From: an uncultured bacterium
GTDB taxonomy: Bacteria > Cyanobacteriota > Cyanobacteriia > Thermostichales > Thermostichaceae
NCBI GenBank assembly: GCA_964578595.1
Contig: CAZODP010000005.1
Location: 4,966 to 68,965 of the forward strand
Direction of reading: 5' to 3'
DNA: 64,000 nt
This document shows, in pieces, positions 18,431 through 30,296 of this stretch (position 1 is its first letter; every line of letters begins with the position of its first letter). A program made the position numbers and the translations under genes. The notes beneath the pieces were generated by a model that was given only the letters and a program-made list of their open reading frames with translations, did no database searches and was not told where the DNA came from.

Positions 18431-18913
18431 ACATATCCAGTCGGTGCCCTCTACAATGGAACACTGTCGCTAAAGGCGGGCTTTGAACTGCTGGATAGAT
18501 ACTGTTGGCTCAACTGATCAGGTCACTGACACAGGGCAAGTTAGCAAGTCTGAGGGGTTCATCCGTCCAAGATTCTCAAGTCACAGACTGCACAACCGAA
18601 TTCTATTCGGTGAGGCTCTAGCTCGGTGGGTAATGCACTGGCTCCACCAGTCTGGCGAGGCTCAGTTAACATCAAACCCCAGGGATTTGGATCCCAAAAC
18701 CGAGCAGGATGACATCAATCCTGTGACCACGTTGTGACTAAGGCGCAGCCCTGAGTCTGACTGTTTTGGGACTGAAATGTTGCTGGTGTTTGGGAAGGGT
18801 TCTGAACCTTCTGGCAAGAGCAATGGGGCAAGAGTGTGACAAAGAGGATCCGACAAGACAGACAGATCGACAGATCGATAGCCTCTAGTTTTAGTTGATT
18901 GGGAGAAACGGTC

Positions 18914-19567
18914 GTGGCACTTGGTCTATTGGGCAAAAAGCTCGGCATGACTCAGATATTTACTGAAGAGGGGTTGGCGGTTCCTGTCACGGTGCTGGCC
19001 ACGGGGCCGTGTAAGGTGACTCAGGTCAAGACCCCAGCCACGGATGGCTATGCTGCTGTGCAGTTGGGTTTTGATCCGACCCTGCCCAAGCGACTGACCA
19101 AGCCAGAGCGAGGCCATCTCCAGAAGGCTGGGATCGAAGAATCTTTGCGCCATCTGAAAGAGTTTCGAGTTGATCAGCCGGATCAGTTTTCGGTGGGCCA
19201 AGAGGTCAAGGCGGACATTTTTGAGGTGGGCCAGTTGGTGGATGTGGCCGGTACCAGTATTGGTCACGGCTTTAGCGGTAACCAAAAGCGGCACCACTTC
19301 GGTCGCGGCCCCATGAGCCACGGATCCAAGAATCACCGTCTCCACGGATCCGTTGGGGCAGGGACAACGCCGGGTCGTGTGTTTCCGGGCTTGCGGATGC
19401 CGGGGCGGGATGGAGGAACGCGAGTCACCACCCGTCGACTCACCATCATGCGAGTGGATCCTGAGCGCAACCTGCTGTTGGTGAAAGGGGCCGTACCCGG
19501 CGTGGAAGGGGGACTGCTGGAGATCCGTCCCACCAAAGTATTTGGCAGTGGCAGGAAGGCTAAGTAA
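18914..19567 (+). CDS. rplC: 50S ribosomal protein L3
   Basis: [15 protein letters not shown]..., [16 protein letters not shown] at 18914 is preceded by GGGAGA at 18901-18906. Confidence 0.95.
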   Translation: MALGLLGKKLGMTQIFTEEGLAVPVTVLATGPCKVTQVKTPATDGYAAVQLGFDPTLPKRLTKPERGHLQKAGIEESLRHLKEFRVDQPDQFSVGQEVKADIFEVGQLVDVAGTSIGHGFSGNQKRHHFGRGPMSHGSKNHRLHGSVGAGTTPGRVFPGLRMPGRDGGTRVTTRRLTIMRVDPERNLLLVKGAVPGVEGGLLEIRPTKVFGSGRKAK

Positions 19568-19622
19568 CAAAAAGGCTAAGTAATAAGGCTTGAGGATCAG
19601 GAGACGTAGGGAGCGCAAAGTT

Positions 19623-20564
19623 ATGGCAAGTTGCACCATCAAAGACTGGCAAGGGCAGAGCGTCGGCAGTGCGGATTTAAATCTGGCGGTGGCCCGACCG
19701 GAAACAGCCCGTCATTTGCTCTATTTGGCCCTGCGTCGCCAGAGTACCAACGCCCGCCAAGGCAATGCCCACAGCAAAACCCGCACAGAAGTGCGTGGGG
19801 GGGGGCGTAAGCCCTGGAAACAAAAGGGTACCGGGCGTGCTCGAGCTGGATCCATTCGTTCACCGCTCTGGCGCAAGGGGGGGGTGATTTTTGGCCCCCG
19901 CAAGCGCGAGTTCAACCTTGACATGAACCGCAAAGAACGGCGTCTGGCTCTGCGGACAGCCTTTCAGAGTCGAGTTGAGGACATGATTGTGGTTCAAGAC
20001 TTCAGCAGCCAACTGGCAGCTCAGCCCAAAACCCGGGAGATGGCTCAGGCCCTGCTGCGGTGGGGGGTAGCCGAGGATCAGTCGGCCCTTGTGATCGTGG
20101 CCGAAAAAAATGACTTTGTCTGGCGGGCCACCCGCAACATCGCCCGCACCAAGCTCATCACCGTCAACAATCTCAATGTTTTTGATCTGCTCAATGTGGA
20201 CTGGATCATCATTACAGAGCCAGCTTTTGAGTTGGCCCAGCGGGGGTTGAGTGGTGAAGGGCATCTCTTGGCAGCTCCTGGATCCACGGGATCCCTTCGA
20301 GAGGCCGATCAAGAGGTGGAGTCGGTGGCTGTTGCTGATGATTCCTCTGCTGCAGCCCCTGTGGTGTCTGAAGATGTAGTGCCTGAAGATGTAGTGCCTG
20401 AAACTGCGGTTGAGATTGCTCCGGAGCTTGTAGTCCCTGAGACAACGGCAGTCCCAGCGACTGAAGTGCAAGCTGAGGCCAGCCAACCTGTAGAAGCCGA
20501 AGCATCCGCCGAAGCAACTGACGACGCAACTAAGGATGGATCTGAACCTGGAGGTGAAGCATGA
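19623..20564 (+). CDS. rplD: 50S ribosomal protein L4 with an acidic C-terminal extension of about 100 aa
   Basis: [34 protein letters not shown] core. ATG at 19623. The tail after about residue 210 is E/V/P/A-rich. Confidence 0.95.
   Translation: MASCTIKDWQGQSVGSADLNLAVARPETARHLLYLALRRQSTNARQGNAHSKTRTEVRGGGRKPWKQKGTGRARAGSIRSPLWRKGGVIFGPRKREFNLDMNRKERRLALRTAFQSRVEDMIVVQDFSSQLAAQPKTREMAQALLRWGVAEDQSALVIVAEKNDFVWRATRNIARTKLITVNNLNVFDLLNVDWIIITEPAFELAQRGLSGEGHLLAAPGSTGSLREADQEVESVAVADDSSAAAPVVSEDVVPEDVVPETAVEIAPELVVPETTAVPATEVQAEASQPVEAEASAEATDDATKDGSEPGGEA
20370..20399. repeat. exact 2 x 15-bp in-frame tandem duplication in the rplD tail (GAAGATGTAGTGCCT; EDVVP x2)
   Basis: Read directly. 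Confidence 0.95.
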
Positions 20565-20860
20565 GCGCGAGCAAACGGATCCTGGCGGATGTGCTGATCA
20601 AGCCCGTCATCACTGAAAAGACCACCCAGATGATGGAGTTGGGCAAGTATGTTTTTGAGGTGATGCCAACCGCCTCCAAGCCTTTGATTCGAGCTGCTGT
20701 TCAAGAGATGTTTAATGTGCGGGTCACCGCCGTTAACACCCAAAATCCCCCCCGTAAGCAGCGGCGAGTGGGCCGATATGTGGGTTTTAGAACCCGCCAT
20801 AAGCGAGCTATTGTCACCTTGGCGGAAGGGGACTCCATCACACTCTTCCCCGATGTCTAG
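20561..20860 (+). CDS. rplW: 50S ribosomal protein L23
   Basis: [15 protein letters not shown]...KRAIVTL. Overlaps the rplD stop. Confidence 0.95.
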   Translation: MSASKRILADVLIKPVITEKTTQMMELGKYVFEVMPTASKPLIRAAVQEMFNVRVTAVNTQNPPRKQRRVGRYVGFRTRHKRAIVTLAEGDSITLFPDV

Positions 20861-20951
20861 GGATAGGTCGTGGTATTCAAGACTATTTGAGACCGATTGA
20901 TTCCGATTGATTGATGTTTAGTATTAGCCACCCCTCAGCGCGAGTTCAGTT

Positions 20952-21818
20952 ATGGGCATTCGATCTTTTAGACCCCTGACCCCCGGCACCCGGACGATGA
21001 CGGTCTCCGATTTTTCGGAGATCACCACCGATAAACCTGAAAAGTCTCTGGTGGTCTACATCCATCGCCGCAAGGGGCGAAACAATCGGGGTGTGATCAC
21101 CTGTCGCCACAAGGGGGGGGGCCACAAAAAGCTCTACCGGATCATCGACTTTCGCCGGGATAAGCGGGGTATCAATGCCGAAGTTAAGACGGTGGAATAC
21201 GACCCCAACCGCAACGCTCGCATTGCTCTGGTGCAGTACGAAGATGGGGAAAAACGATACATTCTGCACCCCCGTTCCCTGGCGGTCGGATCCGTGATCA
21301 CCGCTGGGCCGGATGCCCCCTTTGAAATCGGTAATGCTCTGCCACTGGAGCGGATCCCCTTGGGTACGGTTGTCCACAATGTGGAACTGATCCCTGGCAA
21401 TGGGGGCCAGATGGTGCGTTCTGCTGGGGCTGGTGCTCAGGTGGTGGCCAAAGAAGGCACCCATGTGGCCCTGAAGCTGCCATCTGGTGAGGTGCGCCTG
21501 ATCCCTAAGCAGTGCTATGCCACCATCGGTCAGGTGGGCAATGTGGAGGCCAGCAACATCAGCTTGGGTAAAGCGGGTCGCACCCGCTGGCTGGGCAAAC
21601 GTCCCACCGTGCGGGGTAGCGTCATGAACCCAGTCGATCACCCCCACGGCGGTGGTGAGGGCCGTGCCCCGATTGGTCGCTCTGGCCCGGTCACCCCCTG
21701 GGGTAAGCCCGCGCTCGGCTACAAAACCCGCAATAAGAAGAAAGCCAGCAATAAGTTGGTGATTCGGGGCCGCAGCCGGGGTGGTAAACGCAGTAAGGGT
21801 GGTCGGGCCGGGCGTTAG
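20952..21818 (+). CDS. rplB: 50S ribosomal protein L2
   Basis: [36 protein letters not shown]. Confidence 0.97.
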   Translation: MGIRSFRPLTPGTRTMTVSDFSEITTDKPEKSLVVYIHRRKGRNNRGVITCRHKGGGHKKLYRIIDFRRDKRGINAEVKTVEYDPNRNARIALVQYEDGEKRYILHPRSLAVGSVITAGPDAPFEIGNALPLERIPLGTVVHNVELIPGNGGQMVRSAGAGAQVVAKEGTHVALKLPSGEVRLIPKQCYATIGQVGNVEASNISLGKAGRTRWLGKRPTVRGSVMNPVDHPHGGGEGRAPIGRSGPVTPWGKPALGYKTRNKKKASNKLVIRGRSRGGKRSKGGRAGR

Positions 21819-21897
21819 CACCAGCGGTTGCCCCATTCGATTGATTTTTGGTTTTGTTGTCTTTTCTTCACTTGTTTCTTTATCTACGGTTCTAACG

Positions 21898-22179
21898 ATG
21901 GCACGCTCCCTCAAAAAAGGTCCCTTTGTGGCCGCTCACCTGATGGAAAAAATCGAGAAGCTCAATGACCGCAATGAGAAACAACTGATCAAAACATGGT
22001 CAAGAGCCTCCACCATCCTGCCCAATATGATTGGCCACACCATTGCCGTACACAACGGCAAGGTTCATGTGCCTCTATTTATCTCGGATCAAATGGTGGG
22101 GCACAAGCTGGGGGAGTTTGTGCCGACCCGCAACTATAAGGGTCACGCAGCTTCTGACAAAAAAGCCTCTCGCCGCTAG
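21898..22179 (+). CDS. rpsS: 30S ribosomal protein S19
   Basis: [15 protein letters not shown]...[20 protein letters not shown] at 21898. Confidence 0.95.
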   Translation: MARSLKKGPFVAAHLMEKIEKLNDRNEKQLIKTWSRASTILPNMIGHTIAVHNGKVHVPLFISDQMVGHKLGEFVPTRNYKGHAASDKKASRR

Positions 22180-22256
22180 CTTTTCTCCCCAGAGGATCCC
22201 CAGTCCAGTTTCACCTCCGTTGCCCGCTCATCTTCATCGCCCTCAGGCCGGTTGCC

Positions 22257-22607
22257 ATGACAACACTCAGTCCTACAGAAGTCAAAGCAGTTGCCCGCTC
22301 CATCCGGATGTCTCCCTTTAAGGTGCGGCGGGTGCTCAACCAGATTCGGGGTCAAAGCTATGCTGATGCCCTGATTTTGCTGGAGTTTATGCCCTATGCC
22401 GCCTGTGATCCGGTTCGGAAGGTGTTGCGGTCGGCGGTGGCCAATGCTGAGCATAACAATGGCTACGATGCCCGAGATCTGATCATCAGTCAGGCTTTTG
22501 CCGATGAGGGGCCAGTACTCAAGCGATTCCGGCCTCGGGCTCAAGGGCGAGCCTACTCGATTCATAAGCGCACCTGTAGCATCACAATCGCTGTGGCTCC
22601 CGCTTAG
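22257..22607 (+). CDS. rplV: 50S ribosomal protein L22
   Basis: [30 protein letters not shown]...[18 protein letters not shown]. Confidence 0.95.
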   Translation: MTTLSPTEVKAVARSIRMSPFKVRRVLNQIRGQSYADALILLEFMPYAACDPVRKVLRSAVANAEHNNGYDARDLIISQAFADEGPVLKRFRPRAQGRAYSIHKRTCSITIAVAPA

Positions 22608-22698
22608 GATCCAGGATTGCTCTTGCCACCGTTAGAAAACCTTGAACCAGCTCTTTCCAGCCCACTTCCAAGACACTCCTTCAGGACACTCGACTCTC

Positions 22699-23493
22699 AT
22701 GGGACAAAAGATCCACCCGAATGGATTTCGCCTCGGCTTCATCAAAAGCCACCGCAGCCAGTGGTTTGCGGATCCCTCACGCTATCCCGCTCTGTTGCAG
22801 GAGGATCTCAAGATCCGCACCTACATCATGAACAAGCTGGATCCTGAGACCGACAGCAATACCCGCAACAAAGATCGCCAGTCCAAAGCAGGGATCTCAG
22901 ACATCATCATCTCGCGCAAAGCCGATCAGATTGAGTTGGAGATCAAGGCCGCTCGACCCGGTGTGGTGGTGGGGCGGGGCGGATCTGGCCTGGAGGAATT
23001 GCGGCAGGGGCTGCAAAAAGAAATGGCTCAACCCGGTATGGGGGATCGGGCCATTCGCATCAACGTGACCGAGGTGGCCCAGGTGGACGGGGATGCCACC
23101 CTCTTGGCCAAGAGTATTGCTGAACAACTGGAGCGGCGCATCGCCTTTCGACGGATTGTGCGCCAGATTATCCAGCGCTCCCAGCGGGCCGGGGTCAAAG
23201 GGATCAAGATCCAAATCTCTGGCCGCCTCAACGGGGCCGAGATCGCCCGCACCGAATGGACTCGGGAAGGGCGGATCCCCCTGCACACCCTGCGGGCCGA
23301 CATTGATTACTCCGAGACGGTGGCCCGCACCACCTTTGGCATCATCGGGGTCAAGGTCTGGGTTTTTCGAGGCGAGGTGCTACCCGGTCAAGATCGCTCT
23401 GACAAGCCCGCCCCCTCCGCCTTGCCGCAACCCCGCCGTCGCCAGCAACGTCGCCGCCCAACTTTTGAAGATCGCTCCGATGCCAAGGATTAG
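22699..23493 (+). CDS. rpsC: 30S ribosomal protein S3
   Basis: [13 protein letters not shown]...[23 protein letters not shown] at 22699. Basic/Pro-rich C-terminal tail. Confidence 0.95.
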   Translation: MGQKIHPNGFRLGFIKSHRSQWFADPSRYPALLQEDLKIRTYIMNKLDPETDSNTRNKDRQSKAGISDIIISRKADQIELEIKAARPGVVVGRGGSGLEELRQGLQKEMAQPGMGDRAIRINVTEVAQVDGDATLLAKSIAEQLERRIAFRRIVRQIIQRSQRAGVKGIKIQISGRLNGAEIARTEWTREGRIPLHTLRADIDYSETVARTTFGIIGVKVWVFRGEVLPGQDRSDKPAPSALPQPRRRQQRRRPTFEDRSDAKD

Positions 23494-23544
23494 TCCCAGC
23501 CCTTTCGGATCCTGTCAACGCCTTAACCTCCGCCGAGAATCGCC

Positions 23545-24057
23545 ATGTTAAGTCCCAAACGTACTAAATTTCGCAAACAGCAGCGCGGTCGCATGAGAGG
23601 CAAAGCCTGTCGCGGCAACAAAATTGACTTTGGCGAATTTGCTCTGGTGGCCCAGGAACCCAGTTGGATCACCGCTCGCCAGATTGAGGCCAGCCGCCGA
23701 GCCATGACCCGCTATGTCCGCCGGGGGGGCAAAATTTGGATTCGGATCTTCCCCGACAAGCCCATCACCATGCGAGCCGCCGAAACTCGAATGGGATCCG
23801 GTAAAGGAAACCCTGAGTTTTGGGTGGCGGTGGTCAAGCCTGGCCGGGTGCTGTTTGAGATGGGCGGTGGGGTAACAGAGGCAATCGCCCGCGAAGCCAT
23901 GCGACTAGCAGCCCAAAAATTGCCGATCAAGGTCAAGTTCATGACCAAGGCCGATTTTGAGAAGGCGGAGCTTGACCAGGCGGAGCTGCAACAACTGTCC
24001 GCCAAAGCAGCTGATACTGCCGACAGCCCTGAACCTGTTGCCACCACCCAAGAGTAG
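23545..24057 (+). CDS. rplP: 50S ribosomal protein L16 (with a C-terminal tail of about 30 aa)
   Basis: [19 protein letters not shown]...[24 protein letters not shown]. Confidence 0.95.
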   Translation: MLSPKRTKFRKQQRGRMRGKACRGNKIDFGEFALVAQEPSWITARQIEASRRAMTRYVRRGGKIWIRIFPDKPITMRAAETRMGSGKGNPEFWVAVVKPGRVLFEMGGGVTEAIAREAMRLAAQKLPIKVKFMTKADFEKAELDQAELQQLSAKAADTADSPEPVATTQE

Positions 24058-24072
24058 AGAGGACCTGTGATT

Positions 24073-24327
24073 ATGCCGATGCCCAAAATCGAAACGGCCC
24101 GCGCCCTTGATGATGCTGCCCTGTCAGCCGAGATCCTGACGGTCAAAAAAGAATTATTTGAATTGCGGTTGCAAAAGGCCACTCGTCAGCTCAATCAGCC
24201 CCACCTGATCCGGATGAGAAAGCATCGTTTGGCCCAGCTCTTGACCGTCGAAGGTGAGCGAAAGCGGGGGATCCGCCCATCGATATCACCAGCCATTTCA
24301 TCCCCTGATACCGAGAAGGAGGCCTAA
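24073..24327 (+). CDS. rpmC: 50S ribosomal protein L29
   Basis: [43 protein letters not shown]. The start is ATG 24073 or 24079. Confidence 0.9.
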   Translation: MPMPKIETARALDDAALSAEILTVKKELFELRLQKATRQLNQPHLIRMRKHRLAQLLTVEGERKRGIRPSISPAISSPDTEKEA

Positions 24328-24578
24328 TGCCAGCACGAGAAAAAGTAGGGGTCGTGGTCAGCGACAAAATGCAAAAGACCGTTGTGGTGGCGGTTGAAGA
24401 CCGAGTTTCCCACCCCAAATACGGCAAAATTGTCGTCAAGACCACCAAGTTCAAAGCCCATGACGAAGGGGATCGTTGCAAAGCCGGGGATAGGGTTCGG
24501 ATCCAAGAATCCCGCCCCCTCAGCCGCACCAAGCGCTGGGTTGTCACCGCCATCCTAGAGGAGGCCACCAGACTATGA
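24327..24578 (+). CDS. rpsQ: 30S ribosomal protein S17
   Basis: [19 protein letters not shown]...HPKYGKIV...HDE...GD.V.I.ESRPLS.TKRW. TAATG overlap with rpmC. Confidence 0.95.
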   Translation: MPAREKVGVVVSDKMQKTVVVAVEDRVSHPKYGKIVVKTTKFKAHDEGDRCKAGDRVRIQESRPLSRTKRWVVTAILEEATRL

Positions 24579-24943
24579 TTCAGCAACAAACCATGTTGAC
24601 TGTGGCCGATAACACCGGTGCCCGCAAGATCATGTGCATCCGGGTGTTGGGTAGCAGTGGCCGCCGCTACGCCGGGGTTGGGGATGTGATTGTGGGGGTG
24701 GTCAAAGACGCCCTGCCCAATATGCCCGTCAAACGCTCTGATGTGGTCAAAGCCGTGGTGGTGCGAACAGTGGATACGGTGCGCCGGGCCGACGGTCTCA
24801 GCATTCGGTTTGATGACAACGCCGCCGTGATCATCAACAACGAGGGCAATCCTAAAGGCACCCGTGTGTTTGGGCCTGTAGCCCGCGAGTTGCGGGAGCG
24901 CAACTTCACCAAAATCGTTTCACTCGCGCCGGAGGTGTTGTAA
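24575..24943 (+). CDS. rplN: 50S ribosomal protein L14
   Basis: [26 protein letters not shown]. Confidence 0.97.
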   Translation: MIQQQTMLTVADNTGARKIMCIRVLGSSGRRYAGVGDVIVGVVKDALPNMPVKRSDVVKAVVVRTVDTVRRADGLSIRFDDNAAVIINNEGNPKGTRVFGPVARELRERNFTKIVSLAPEVL

Positions 24944-25341
24944 TGTCACGCCGTCTCAAACCCAGTCAAGTCAAAGAGCTGGTCAAGCAGCCAGGGATCC
25001 GTCCCCACCGCAATGGTCTCCGCTACAAAATGCGGATCAAAAAAGGTGACACCGTCCAGGTGATCTCCGGCAAAGACAAGGGCCGAGTGGGAGAAGTCCT
25101 GCGCACCATCCCGGCCAAAAACAGTGTGGTGGTGGAAGGGGTCAATATCATCACCCGTCACCGTAAGCCCACCGCCGAGGGAGAAAGCGGCACCATCGAG
25201 ACCTCCGAAGGGCCGATCCATGCCTCCAACGTCATGGCTTACTCCAAAAAACAGGAGGTGGCCAGTCGAATTGGTTATACCTTCACCGAGGATGGCCGCA
25301 AAGTCCGTGTCCTCAAAAAAACCGGAGAAGTTCTGGACTAG
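24943..25341 (+). CDS. rplX: 50S ribosomal protein L24
   Basis: [26 protein letters not shown]. The start is either coupled to the rplN stop (TAATG) or at the internal Met at 25030. Confidence 0.9.
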   Translation: MSRRLKPSQVKELVKQPGIRPHRNGLRYKMRIKKGDTVQVISGKDKGRVGEVLRTIPAKNSVVVEGVNIITRHRKPTAEGESGTIETSEGPIHASNVMAYSKKQEVASRIGYTFTEDGRKVRVLKKTGEVLD

Positions 25342-25413
25342 ATCCAGCTTTTCCTCCACCGTTCACCTCATCCTCCCCTCTGACCTAGCCCAGAGATCTC
25401 AGGAGTTTCCCCC

Positions 25414-25956
25414 ATGCCCCAACGTCTGTATACCCTTTATCACGACACCATTGCCCCCAAGCTCAAGCAAGAGTTGGGCTACACCAACATCCATCAGATC
25501 CCCAAATTGACCAAAGTGGTGGTTAACCGGGGTCTGGGGGAAGCCTCCCAAAACGCCAAGGCTCTCGAATCTTCGATTGCTGAGATCGGCGTCATTACCG
25601 GTCAAAAGCCAGTTATCACCCGCGCGAAGCAGGCCATTGCCAGCTTTAAGATCCGAGAGGGAATGCCGGTGGGGTTGATGGTAACGCTACGCCGGGAGCG
25701 GATGTATGCCTTTGTGGATCGCTTGATCAATGTTGCCTTGCCTCGGATCCGTGACTTTCGGGGGGTCAGCCCCAAGAGCTTTGATGGACGCGGCAATTAC
25801 ACCCTTGGGATCCGGGAGCAACTGATCTTTCCGGAGGTCAGCTATGACTCGATCGAGCAGATTCGCGGTATGGACATCTCCATTGTTACCACCGCCAAAA
25901 ACGATGAAGAGGGACGTGCCCTGCTGCGAGCAATGGGCATGCCTTTTACCTCCTGA
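25414..25956 (+). CDS. rplE: 50S ribosomal protein L5
   Basis: [16 protein letters not shown]...[29 protein letters not shown]. Confidence 0.97.
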   Translation: MPQRLYTLYHDTIAPKLKQELGYTNIHQIPKLTKVVVNRGLGEASQNAKALESSIAEIGVITGQKPVITRAKQAIASFKIREGMPVGLMVTLRRERMYAFVDRLINVALPRIRDFRGVSPKSFDGRGNYTLGIREQLIFPEVSYDSIEQIRGMDISIVTTAKNDEEGRALLRAMGMPFTS

Positions 25957-26047
25957 AGTTAGCTCTAGTTTTTGTTACCCTTCGCTTCGGCGACTTTGCC
26001 CTTTACCCCCATGACCATCCCCTGAACGAACAGAGGATACCCCGCAT

Positions 26048-26452
26048 ATGGCTCACACCAACGACACCATTTCCGATATGCTCACCCGGATCCGCAACGC
26101 CACCTTGGTGCGGCACGAGACGGTTGCAGTCCCCGCCACCCGCATGACCCGCAGTATTGCTCAGGTTTTGCAGGCGGAGGGCTTTATTGGTGAGGTCACC
26201 GAAAGTGGCGAAGGGTTTCGGCAAAATCTGATGATTGAGCTGAAATACAAAGGCAAAGGTCGCAAACCGATTATCACCGGTCTCAAGCGAGTCAGTCGTC
26301 CCGGCCTCAGGGTCTACAAAAATCGCCGGGAGCTACCCCGTGTGCTGGGGGGGGTGGGTATTGCCATTATTTCCACCTCCAGCGGCATCATGACCGACCG
26401 CGATGCCCGTCGCCAAGGGGTGGGGGGAGAAGTGCTCTGCTACGTTTACTAG
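26048..26452 (+). CDS. rpsH: 30S ribosomal protein S8
   Basis: [13 protein letters not shown]...VSRPGLRVY...[14 protein letters not shown]. There is no rpsN between rplE and rpsH. Confidence 0.97.
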   Translation: MAHTNDTISDMLTRIRNATLVRHETVAVPATRMTRSIAQVLQAEGFIGEVTESGEGFRQNLMIELKYKGKGRKPIITGLKRVSRPGLRVYKNRRELPRVLGGVGIAIISTSSGIMTDRDARRQGVGGEVLCYVY

Positions 26453-26545
26453 CCCAGTGTGTTGACAGCGTACTCACTGGCCCAGGATCCAGGTTTATCC
26501 CAGCTATTTTGAAATACCCAGCAGCCCATTCAGGAGAGATCCCTC

Positions 26546-27088
26546 ATGTCACGGATCGGAAAACAGCCAATCACCTTGCCCCCCAAAGTGGAGGTGTCCA
26601 TCGACGGCCAATCTGTAGCGGTCAAAGGACCCAGAGGCAATCTGAGCCGCACCCTACCCCAGCAGGTGATGGTGAGCCAGGAGGCCGGCATCCTCAAAGT
26701 AGAGCGGGCCGCCGAAACCCGTGTGGCTCGCCAGATGCATGGACTGTGCCGCACCTTGGTGGCCAATATGGTGGATGGGGTGGCCACCGGCTTCCAGAAA
26801 AAACTGGAGATTCAGGGGGTGGGCTATCGGGCCTCGATTCAGGGCACCACATTGGTGTTGAATGTGGGCTATAGCAATCCGGTGCAGATTCCTTTTCCTG
26901 AAGGGATCACCATTGCTGTGGAAGGTAATACCAACATCATCGTCTCCGGCATTGACAAAGAAGCCGTGGGCAACATTGCTGCCAAGATCCGGGCCATTCG
27001 TCCCCCTGAACCCTACAAGGGCAAAGGGATCCGCTATGCCGGCGAGTTGGTGCGCCGCAAGGCTGGTAAGTCCGGTAAGAAGAAGTAA
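26546..27088 (+). CDS. rplF: 50S ribosomal protein L6
   Basis: [31 protein letters not shown]...[11 protein letters not shown]. Confidence 0.97.
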   Translation: MSRIGKQPITLPPKVEVSIDGQSVAVKGPRGNLSRTLPQQVMVSQEAGILKVERAAETRVARQMHGLCRTLVANMVDGVATGFQKKLEIQGVGYRASIQGTTLVLNVGYSNPVQIPFPEGITIAVEGNTNIIVSGIDKEAVGNIAAKIRAIRPPEPYKGKGIRYAGELVRRKAGKSGKKK

Positions 27089-27179
27089 GTTGGGACTTTA
27101 ACAATCCAGGCAGGGTCTACCTGCTGCTTGCGTGATTATTTTTAGCTATCGTTCGCTATCGTTTTGATCTTCAAAGGCC

Positions 27180-27542
27180 ATGAAAACCAACCGCAAACTC
27201 ACCACCCAAAGCCGTCACCGCCGGATCCGGCGCAAAGTTTCTGGCACCCCAGAGCGACCTAGATTGGCGGTTTTTCGATCCCATCAGCACATCTATGCTC
27301 AGGTGATTGACGACGTGGCTCAACACACGTTAGCAGCCTCCTCCACCTTGGACAAAGACCTCCGGGATAGTCTTGCTGCCACCGCCACCTGTGAGGCTGC
27401 CGCCGCTGTGGGCCGCTCTGTGGCTGAACAAGCCTTGGCCGCTGGAATCTCTGAAGTGGTGTTTGATCGCGGGGGCAACCTCTATCATGGCCGTGTTCAA
27501 GCCTTGGCGGATGCCGCTCGCGAGGCCGGATTGCGCTTCTGA
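27180..27542 (+). CDS. rplR: 50S ribosomal protein L18
   Basis: [34 protein letters not shown]...[25 protein letters not shown]. Confidence 0.97.
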   Translation: MKTNRKLTTQSRHRRIRRKVSGTPERPRLAVFRSHQHIYAQVIDDVAQHTLAASSTLDKDLRDSLAATATCEAAAAVGRSVAEQALAAGISEVVFDRGGNLYHGRVQALADAAREAGLRF

Positions 27543-27595
27543 GTTACTTTGCTATGTTTCTGGGCTTTTGAGTTAGACTTCAAGGCCCTCCCCTG

Positions 27596-27640
27596 TATCC
27601 AGTAATGGACTATCCAGTAATCAATTACCAGTAATCATCT
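27596..27640. repeat. three tandem units of about 15 bp, each containing CCAGTAAT, in the rplR-rpsE spacer
   Basis: CCAGTAAT occurs at 27599, 27614 and 27628. The spacer is unusually long (154 bp) for this operon. Confidence 0.85.
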
Positions 27641-27696
27641 ATTAATCTATTAACTGATTTCTAAACTGCTGAGGACTGAGTTTTCTAGGACACACC

Positions 27697-28242
27697 ATGT
27701 CAGAACAACAACGAGAACGCCGCAAAGGCCGCAATAAAAATCGCGAAGTCCGAGAGTCCACTGAATGGCAGGAACGGGTGGTGCAGATCCGCCGAGTCAC
27801 CAAGGTGGTGAAGGGGGGTAAGCAGCTCAGCTTCCGAGCCGTGGTGATCGTGGGTAATGAGCAGGGCAAAGTCGGGGTGGGGGTTGGCAAGGCCAAGGAT
27901 GTGATTGGGGCTGTTCGCAAAGGGGTTGTGGATGGCAAAAAGCATCTGGTGGAGGTGCCCCTTACCTCCGGGCTGTCGGTGCCTCATCCCATGCGTGGGA
28001 TCGGGGGTGGATCCGCAGTGCTGGTGATGCCTGCCGCCCCAGGCACAGGGGTGATTGCGGGGGGGGCGGTGCGCAGTGTCTTGGAATTAGCGGGGGTGCG
28101 CAACAGTCTGGCTAAGCAACTGGGATCCAGTAATCCCCTCAATAATGCTCGCGCCACCGTGGATGCCCTGAGCCGGATGCGGACGTTTGAGGCGGTGGCT
28201 GAAGAGCGGGGGATCCCGGTCGAAAAGCTGAGAATGCGGTAA
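27697..28242 (+). CDS. rpsE: 30S ribosomal protein S5
   Basis: [41 protein letters not shown]...[11 protein letters not shown]. Confidence 0.97.
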   Translation: MSEQQRERRKGRNKNREVRESTEWQERVVQIRRVTKVVKGGKQLSFRAVVIVGNEQGKVGVGVGKAKDVIGAVRKGVVDGKKHLVEVPLTSGLSVPHPMRGIGGGSAVLVMPAAPGTGVIAGGAVRSVLELAGVRNSLAKQLGSSNPLNNARATVDALSRMRTFEAVAEERGIPVEKLRMR

Positions 28243-28288
28243 GGATTGCGTAACTATTGCTTAACTATTGTTTGAGGATCACAAGACT

Positions 28289-28738
28289 ATGCGACTAGCA
28301 GATATTCAACCTCAGGAGGGATCCACCCGTCGTCGTCGCCGTTTGGGTCGAGGCATCTCTGCGGGTCAAGGGGCCTCTGCCGGCAAAGGGATGCGGGGTC
28401 AAAAGGCCCGTTCGGGGCGGAGTACTCGGCCTGGATTTGAGGGGGGACAGATGCCCCTCTATCGTCGGGTGCCCAAGCTCAAGGGTTTCACGCCGGTCAA
28501 TCGCAGAGAGTACACCATCGTCAATCTCAAAAATCTGGCGGATTTGCCCGCTGGCACCGAGGTCACCCTGGAGAGCCTGATGGAACGGGGGATCATCACC
28601 GCCAATGATGGCCCTCTCAAAGTGCTGGGGGATGGCAATATCGCGGTGGCTCTGACTGTGATAGCAGCCGGTTGGACTCAATCGGCTCAAGCCAAGATCG
28701 AGGCAGCAGGGGGATCCCTGACTTTACTGGGGGACTGA
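28289..28738 (+). CDS. rplO: 50S ribosomal protein L15
   Basis: [30 protein letters not shown]...[17 protein letters not shown] at 28289. Confidence 0.95.
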   Translation: MRLADIQPQEGSTRRRRRLGRGISAGQGASAGKGMRGQKARSGRSTRPGFEGGQMPLYRRVPKLKGFTPVNRREYTIVNLKNLADLPAGTEVTLESLMERGIITANDGPLKVLGDGNIAVALTVIAAGWTQSAQAKIEAAGGSLTLLGD

Positions 28739-28994
28739 CCCTTTAGTCGGACCTGATAAAGGTTGCCCTCAGGTTGCTCTCAAAGGGCGCGATGGGGGGT
28801 GTGCTGGGTTCAGCAAAAGCCGGATCCCATGCGCTCCATAACCTCCAGACGCTAAACTCTTAGCAGAGGGTTAATTTTACGGAGATCCCCCCAAATTGAC
28901 AGGGATATTAAGTTAGTGGGTGACTGCGAACCATTAGACTCCATTAATCTCCCTTGAATGCCCTCCTCCATTCACGTCACATCACCAAAAAATT

Positions 28995-30296
28995 ATGGTT
29001 GTAAATCGCGGATCCACCCCCAGTGCCCAAGAGACGTTTGCCCAAATGGCCAAGGCGGCAGGCTTGCGGGGGCGGATTGTCCTCACCTTGGGGCTTTTGC
29101 TGCTGGTGCGGATTGGGATCTACATCCCAATTCCTGGTATTGATCGGGTGGCTTTTGCAGAAAATGCCAGCAACAGTCCCGTGTTTGGATTTTTGGATAT
29201 TTTTTCGGGGGGTGGCTTTTCGGCCCTGGGGGTCTTTGCGCTGGGGATCCTGCCCTTCATTAATGCCTCGATTGTGATGCAGTTGCTCACCTCTGCGGTA
29301 CCCTATCTGGAAAACCTCCAGAAAAACGAGGGGGAACAGGGGCGGCGGCAGATCTCTCAGATCACTCGATATGTAACGCTGGGTTGGGCCATCATCCAGG
29401 GGGTGGGGCTGGCCGTTTGGTCGCGGGAGTTTGCCCTTGGATCCAACCAGGTGGCCTTTGTGATCTCCACAACGTTGGCCCTGGCGGCGGGATCCCTGTT
29501 TGTGATGTGGCTGGGGGAGGTGATCACGGAGCGGGGAGTGGGCAATGGGGCGTCCCTGTTGATTTTTGTCAATATCGTGGCGGTGTTGCCCCGTGCCCTA
29601 GGCAATACCATCAGTTTGGTGCAGCAGGATAGCAGCCGAATCGGGGGGATCGTCCTGTTGGTGGCGGTCTTTTTGGCCATGATTGTGGGGATCGTCTTTG
29701 TGCAGGAGGGCCAGCGCCGGATCCCAATTGTGTCCGCCAAACGGCAGGTGGGGAATCGACTCTATCGGGAGCAAAAGAACTACTTGCCCCTCAAGCTCAA
29801 CCAGGGGGGAGTGATGCCGATTATTTTTGCCACCTCAGTGTTGATTTTGCCGGCTTCTCTAGCTCAGTTTGCTCAGAATGAGACCTTGGCTCAGATTGCG
29901 GTCTTTTTGTCGCCTAGCTCCTGGTTTTATATCTTGGTCTATCTGGTGCTGATTTTGTTTTTCAGCTTTTTCTACGCGTCGCTGATCATCAACCCAGTGG
30001 ATCTGGCCCAAAATCTCAAAAAAATGGGCTCCAGCATTCCAGGGATCCGGCCGGGCAAGGCGACCGCAGAGTATGTGGAGGGGGTGCTAAACCGACTGAC
30101 CTTCTTGGGAGCACTCTTTTTGGGGGCGGTGGCCATTGTGCCCACGGTGGTGGAGCGGGCCACAGGGATCACCACCTTTCAGGGATTAGGGGCGACCTCA
30201 TTGCTGATTTTGGTAGGAGTTGCAATTGATACCTCTAAGCAGATCCAGACCTATGTGGTGTCCCAACGTTACGAAGGGATGGTGAAAGAAGGGTGA
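28995..30296 (+). CDS. secY: preprotein translocase subunit SecY
   Basis: 433 aa, 10 [25 protein letters not shown]-type loop ([15 protein letters not shown]), GGVMPIIFA. Confidence 0.97.
   Translation: MVVNRGSTPSAQETFAQMAKAAGLRGRIVLTLGLLLLVRIGIYIPIPGIDRVAFAENASNSPVFGFLDIFSGGGFSALGVFALGILPFINASIVMQLLTSAVPYLENLQKNEGEQGRRQISQITRYVTLGWAIIQGVGLAVWSREFALGSNQVAFVISTTLALAAGSLFVMWLGEVITERGVGNGASLLIFVNIVAVLPRALGNTISLVQQDSSRIGGIVLLVAVFLAMIVGIVFVQEGQRRIPIVSAKRQVGNRLYREQKNYLPLKLNQGGVMPIIFATSVLILPASLAQFAQNETLAQIAVFLSPSSWFYILVYLVLILFFSFFYASLIINPVDLAQNLKKMGSSIPGIRPGKATAEYVEGVLNRLTFLGALFLGAVAIVPTVVERATGITTFQGLGATSLLILVGVAIDTSKQIQTYVVSQRYEGMVKEG

Noticed and set aside
18640-18649. GGCTCCACCA, which resembles the 3' end of a tmRNA or tRNA acceptor.
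   Set aside because: There is no T-arm (GTTCRANYC) immediately upstream, no acceptor-stem complement and no tag-peptide reading frame nearby.
18483-18737. 84-codon plus-strand ORF upstream of rplC.
   Set aside because: It has a non-ATG start and an odd composition, and it lies in a region that looks more like structured RNA or a leader. It is treated as non-coding in the findings.
28885-28925. TTGACA box in the rplO-secY spacer as an internal promoter.
   Set aside because: I could find no acceptable -10 hexamer 16-18 nt downstream. It is mentioned only as context in a finding.
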